Shown here one piece after another: positions 43,114-45,265 of a DNA stretch of 45,265 bases. The notes under the pieces were generated by a model. It made no database searches. It was not told where the DNA came from and worked only from the letters and a program-made list of their open reading frames with translations. Origin of the DNA: a virus (Duplodnaviria > Caudoviricetes); the IMG/VR virus record IMGVR_UViG_3300027787_000005, positions 1 through 45,265 of that record. One strand, 5' to 3'. Made by a program: the position numbers and the translations under genes. Positions within the stretch are counted from its first letter, which is position 1, and every line of letters begins with the position of its first letter.

Positions 43114-44709
43114 TCAATAGCCGGACACGCGCCCGACCACCCTGGTCAGCGTCTTGCGGTTCAGGCCGGCCTCGATGACGTCCGCGCGGGCCTCGTAGGC
43201 CAGGGCGGCACCGACCACGGAGTCGATCTTGCGGGGGCTCTTGTCGTGCTCCTTGCGCACGAGTCGGTGGCCGCCCTTCATGCGGACGTAGGCGTTGCCG
43301 AAGTGCTCGGCGAACGTCCCATCACCGGAGTGCCAGACCGCGCCCACCTTCAGGTCGGTCAGCAGCCGGTCGAGCGCTGCCGCCATCTGCACGTCGCGGC
43401 GGGTCTCCCAGGCGATCACGCGCTCGGTGCCGAGGGTCTCGGCGAGCGTGTCGATGTCGGAGCGCCACTCGTGCGGGTCGGCGTACAGCCGGGTCACCTT
43501 GTAGCGGGAGAAGGCCTCCCGGATCGCCGCGAGGACATCCGAGCGTGGGACTTCCCACCAGTTGCCCTCGGGCCCGGACGGCTTCGCCCAGATGCCCACC
43601 GGGAACAGGAAGCCGTCGGAGATCCGCGAGCCGATCAGCACCGTCGAGTCGTCGTTGAGCGACCCGTCGAAGCCGAGGGCAATCTCTGTGCCGGGCTCGA
43701 CCGCTTCGACACGGGCCTGCCGCTCGACGACGTCCAGCGGGATCCACACGTCCTTGGTCGACTGCGCCCGGTTCAGGAAGTACCGGGCCGCCGTCGCGTC
43801 ATCGGGGCACGAGCGCGGGTCGCGCATCTCCCGGTAGATCCGCGGCAGGTCCATCCACGCCGCGGCGGCGCCGTAGACCTGCTTGAGCTGAGCCAGGGTG
43901 TGTTCCCTGTTGTCCAGGTCGATGCGGCCCTTGGCCTCGCGGTGGTCGACGTGCACGGCCTCGGACAGCTCGCCCTTGCGCCAGGCGGTCAGCGTCTCCT
44001 CGGCCGTCGACTGCTCGCCGGGGCGGTAGGCGGTGGTCGTCTGCATCAGCCAGGGCTCGGCCAGCTTCCGCTTGCCCAGGTTGCGCTTCACCGTGCCGTA
44101 CATGGCCTTGGGCTCGCGCAGCACGTACAGGTGGGTCTCGTCGGCGCAGACCCAGGTTTCCTTGCCGCCGTCCTTCGATGCCGCGCCGGCCGTGCACGCC
44201 CGGATCTCACCGCCGTGCGGCAGGTAGAGGGCGGTCGCCGACTGGTACTGCCGGATACCCGACACGCCGCCGTAGATGTCCGGGTGGACGTCCGGGCCCC
44301 AGGTGCCGGCGATGAAGGCGATGTTCTCGAAGGTGTTGCCGGCCTGCGACTCCTCGGTGGCCAGGCACTTCAGCAGCGGGGACACGATCGGTCGGCCCAC
44401 CGGCTGCCCGTCGGCGTCCCAGCCGTCGAAGCGCACCGGGGCGAACGCCTCGGCCGTGCCGACGAAGCCGGCCAGCTCGCTCTTCGCGCGGCCCTTCGGC
44501 CGGCTGAGCACGCTCTCGTCGTAGACCCGCCGGCCGGTGGCTGGGTCAAGGCGGTAGGACTCGACGATGAAGTCAAACCACTCATCGTCCAGCTCGATCG
44601 GCAGGCCCTGGATGTCGCCGGGACCATGGCAGCAGTACGCCTGGATCCAGTCGGCGATTTCGTAGCCGAGCGAGCAGATGTGCCCCTCGAACTGCGGCCG
44701 CCAGGCCAT
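43114..44709 (-). CDS. terL: Terminase large subunit
   Basis: SRPKGRAKSE Walker A, CADETH Walker B, LGFDGS..DDST nuclease, KIDSVVG. Confidence 0.95.
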   Translation of the reverse strand: MAWRPQFEGHICSLGYEIADWIQAYCCHGPGDIQGLPIELDDEWFDFIVESYRLDPATGRRVYDESVLSRPKGRAKSELAGFVGTAEAFAPVRFDGWDADGQPVGRPIVSPLLKCLATEESQAGNTFENIAFIAGTWGPDVHPDIYGGVSGIRQYQSATALYLPHGGEIRACTAGAASKDGGKETWVCADETHLYVLREPKAMYGTVKRNLGKRKLAEPWLMQTTTAYRPGEQSTAEETLTAWRKGELSEAVHVDHREAKGRIDLDNREHTLAQLKQVYGAAAAWMDLPRIYREMRDPRSCPDDATAARYFLNRAQSTKDVWIPLDVVERQARVEAVEPGTEIALGFDGSLNDDSTVLIGSRISDGFLFPVGIWAKPSGPEGNWWEVPRSDVLAAIREAFSRYKVTRLYADPHEWRSDIDTLAETLGTERVIAWETRRDVQMAAALDRLLTDLKVGAVWHSGDGTFAEHFGNAYVRMKGGHRLVRKEHDKSPRKIDSVVGAALAYEARADVIEAGLNRKTLTRVVGRVSGY

Positions 44710-45119
44710 CAGGCGCCGCGGGCCACCCGGGCCCGGTCGATCGAGGACACCTTCGCGCCCCCGGGGACAGTCGGCTTCTGCGCGCCGCGGGCGCCTCGGT
44801 ACTGCGGTCGCTTGCCAGTGGCCGCGTCGGGCAGCCGGAGGGCCGCCAGGAGCTGCTTCATCTGGTTCGCGGTGGCGTTGGCCTGGGTCAGAGCGGCGTC
44901 GATCCGCAGCTCGTAGTCCTCTGTCCGCAGATTGTGGGTCAGGCGCATCCACACGTCGGCGTCACCGCGCAGCACGGTGTCGAGCCGGTCAAGCCGGTCC
45001 TTCGAGCGGCAGGCCTCGAGGAGCTGAACCTTCTGAACAGCGTCGAGGTCGTGCTCGTCGGTGATCGAGTCCCAGAGGGCGCGGCCGCCGGCTCCTAGAT
45101 CGGTGTAACTGTCCGTCAC
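44709..45119 (-). CDS. terS: Terminase small subunit
   Basis: LGAGGRALWDSIT...LLEACRSKDRLDRL...KQLLAALRLPD; TGATG overlap with terL; AGGAGG RBS. Confidence 0.85.
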   Translation of the reverse strand: MTDSYTDLGAGGRALWDSITDEHDLDAVQKVQLLEACRSKDRLDRLDTVLRGDADVWMRLTHNLRTEDYELRIDAALTQANATANQMKQLLAALRLPDAATGKRPQYRGARGAQKPTVPGGAKVSSIDRARVARGA

Positions 45120-45265
45120 GACGGGTCACCTCCTGTAGGGAACTCAGGGGTCTGGACTGCGAGGCACCTCCCCCGCGGTGTCCTATCCGGCCGCGTCGGC
45201 CCCTCCCCCTGGGTGGGCTATGCGTCTGATGAGATACGCCGGGTGGCGGTCGCCGTGTTGCAAGG

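Noticed and set aside
38125-44916. Long plus-strand ORFs (38125-40440, 43075-44916; similarly 9684-11012)
   Set aside because: Antisense shadows of high-GC capsid, terminase and early genes, with no motifs.

Overview
The window looks like an essentially complete, high-GC temperate siphovirus genome from an actinomycete. A Micromonosporaceae-like host is my inference from gene content. Nearly all genes are on the minus strand. Right to left: TerS, TerL, portal, MuF-like protein, scaffold, major capsid, a neck region carrying five extra genes, tail tube, a frameshifting tail assembly chaperone, tape measure, tail tip and an amidase/holin lysis cassette. The centre holds a small accessory cassette, an arm-less tyrosine integrase and divergent repressor/cro genes. 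A long early operon follows, with a BldC-like protein, YqaJ/RecT, C5 and Dam-type methyltransferases, a replication initiator with internal iterons, HTH proteins, a late-regulator candidate and an HNH nuclease. The standout sits just downstream of cro: a 195-aa unknown gene, a ~290-bp non-coding array (18053-18345) and a stand-alone Cas7/Csm3-like RAMP gene (17371-18039), with no other cas genes. The array has 7 units of 38-48 bp, each made of G-led pentamers (mostly GGN-NN) plus a constant GTC. This suggests a minimal phage RNA-guided system that uses a non-contiguous dinucleotide code. All protein calls come from motif recognition by eye; no database searches were run.
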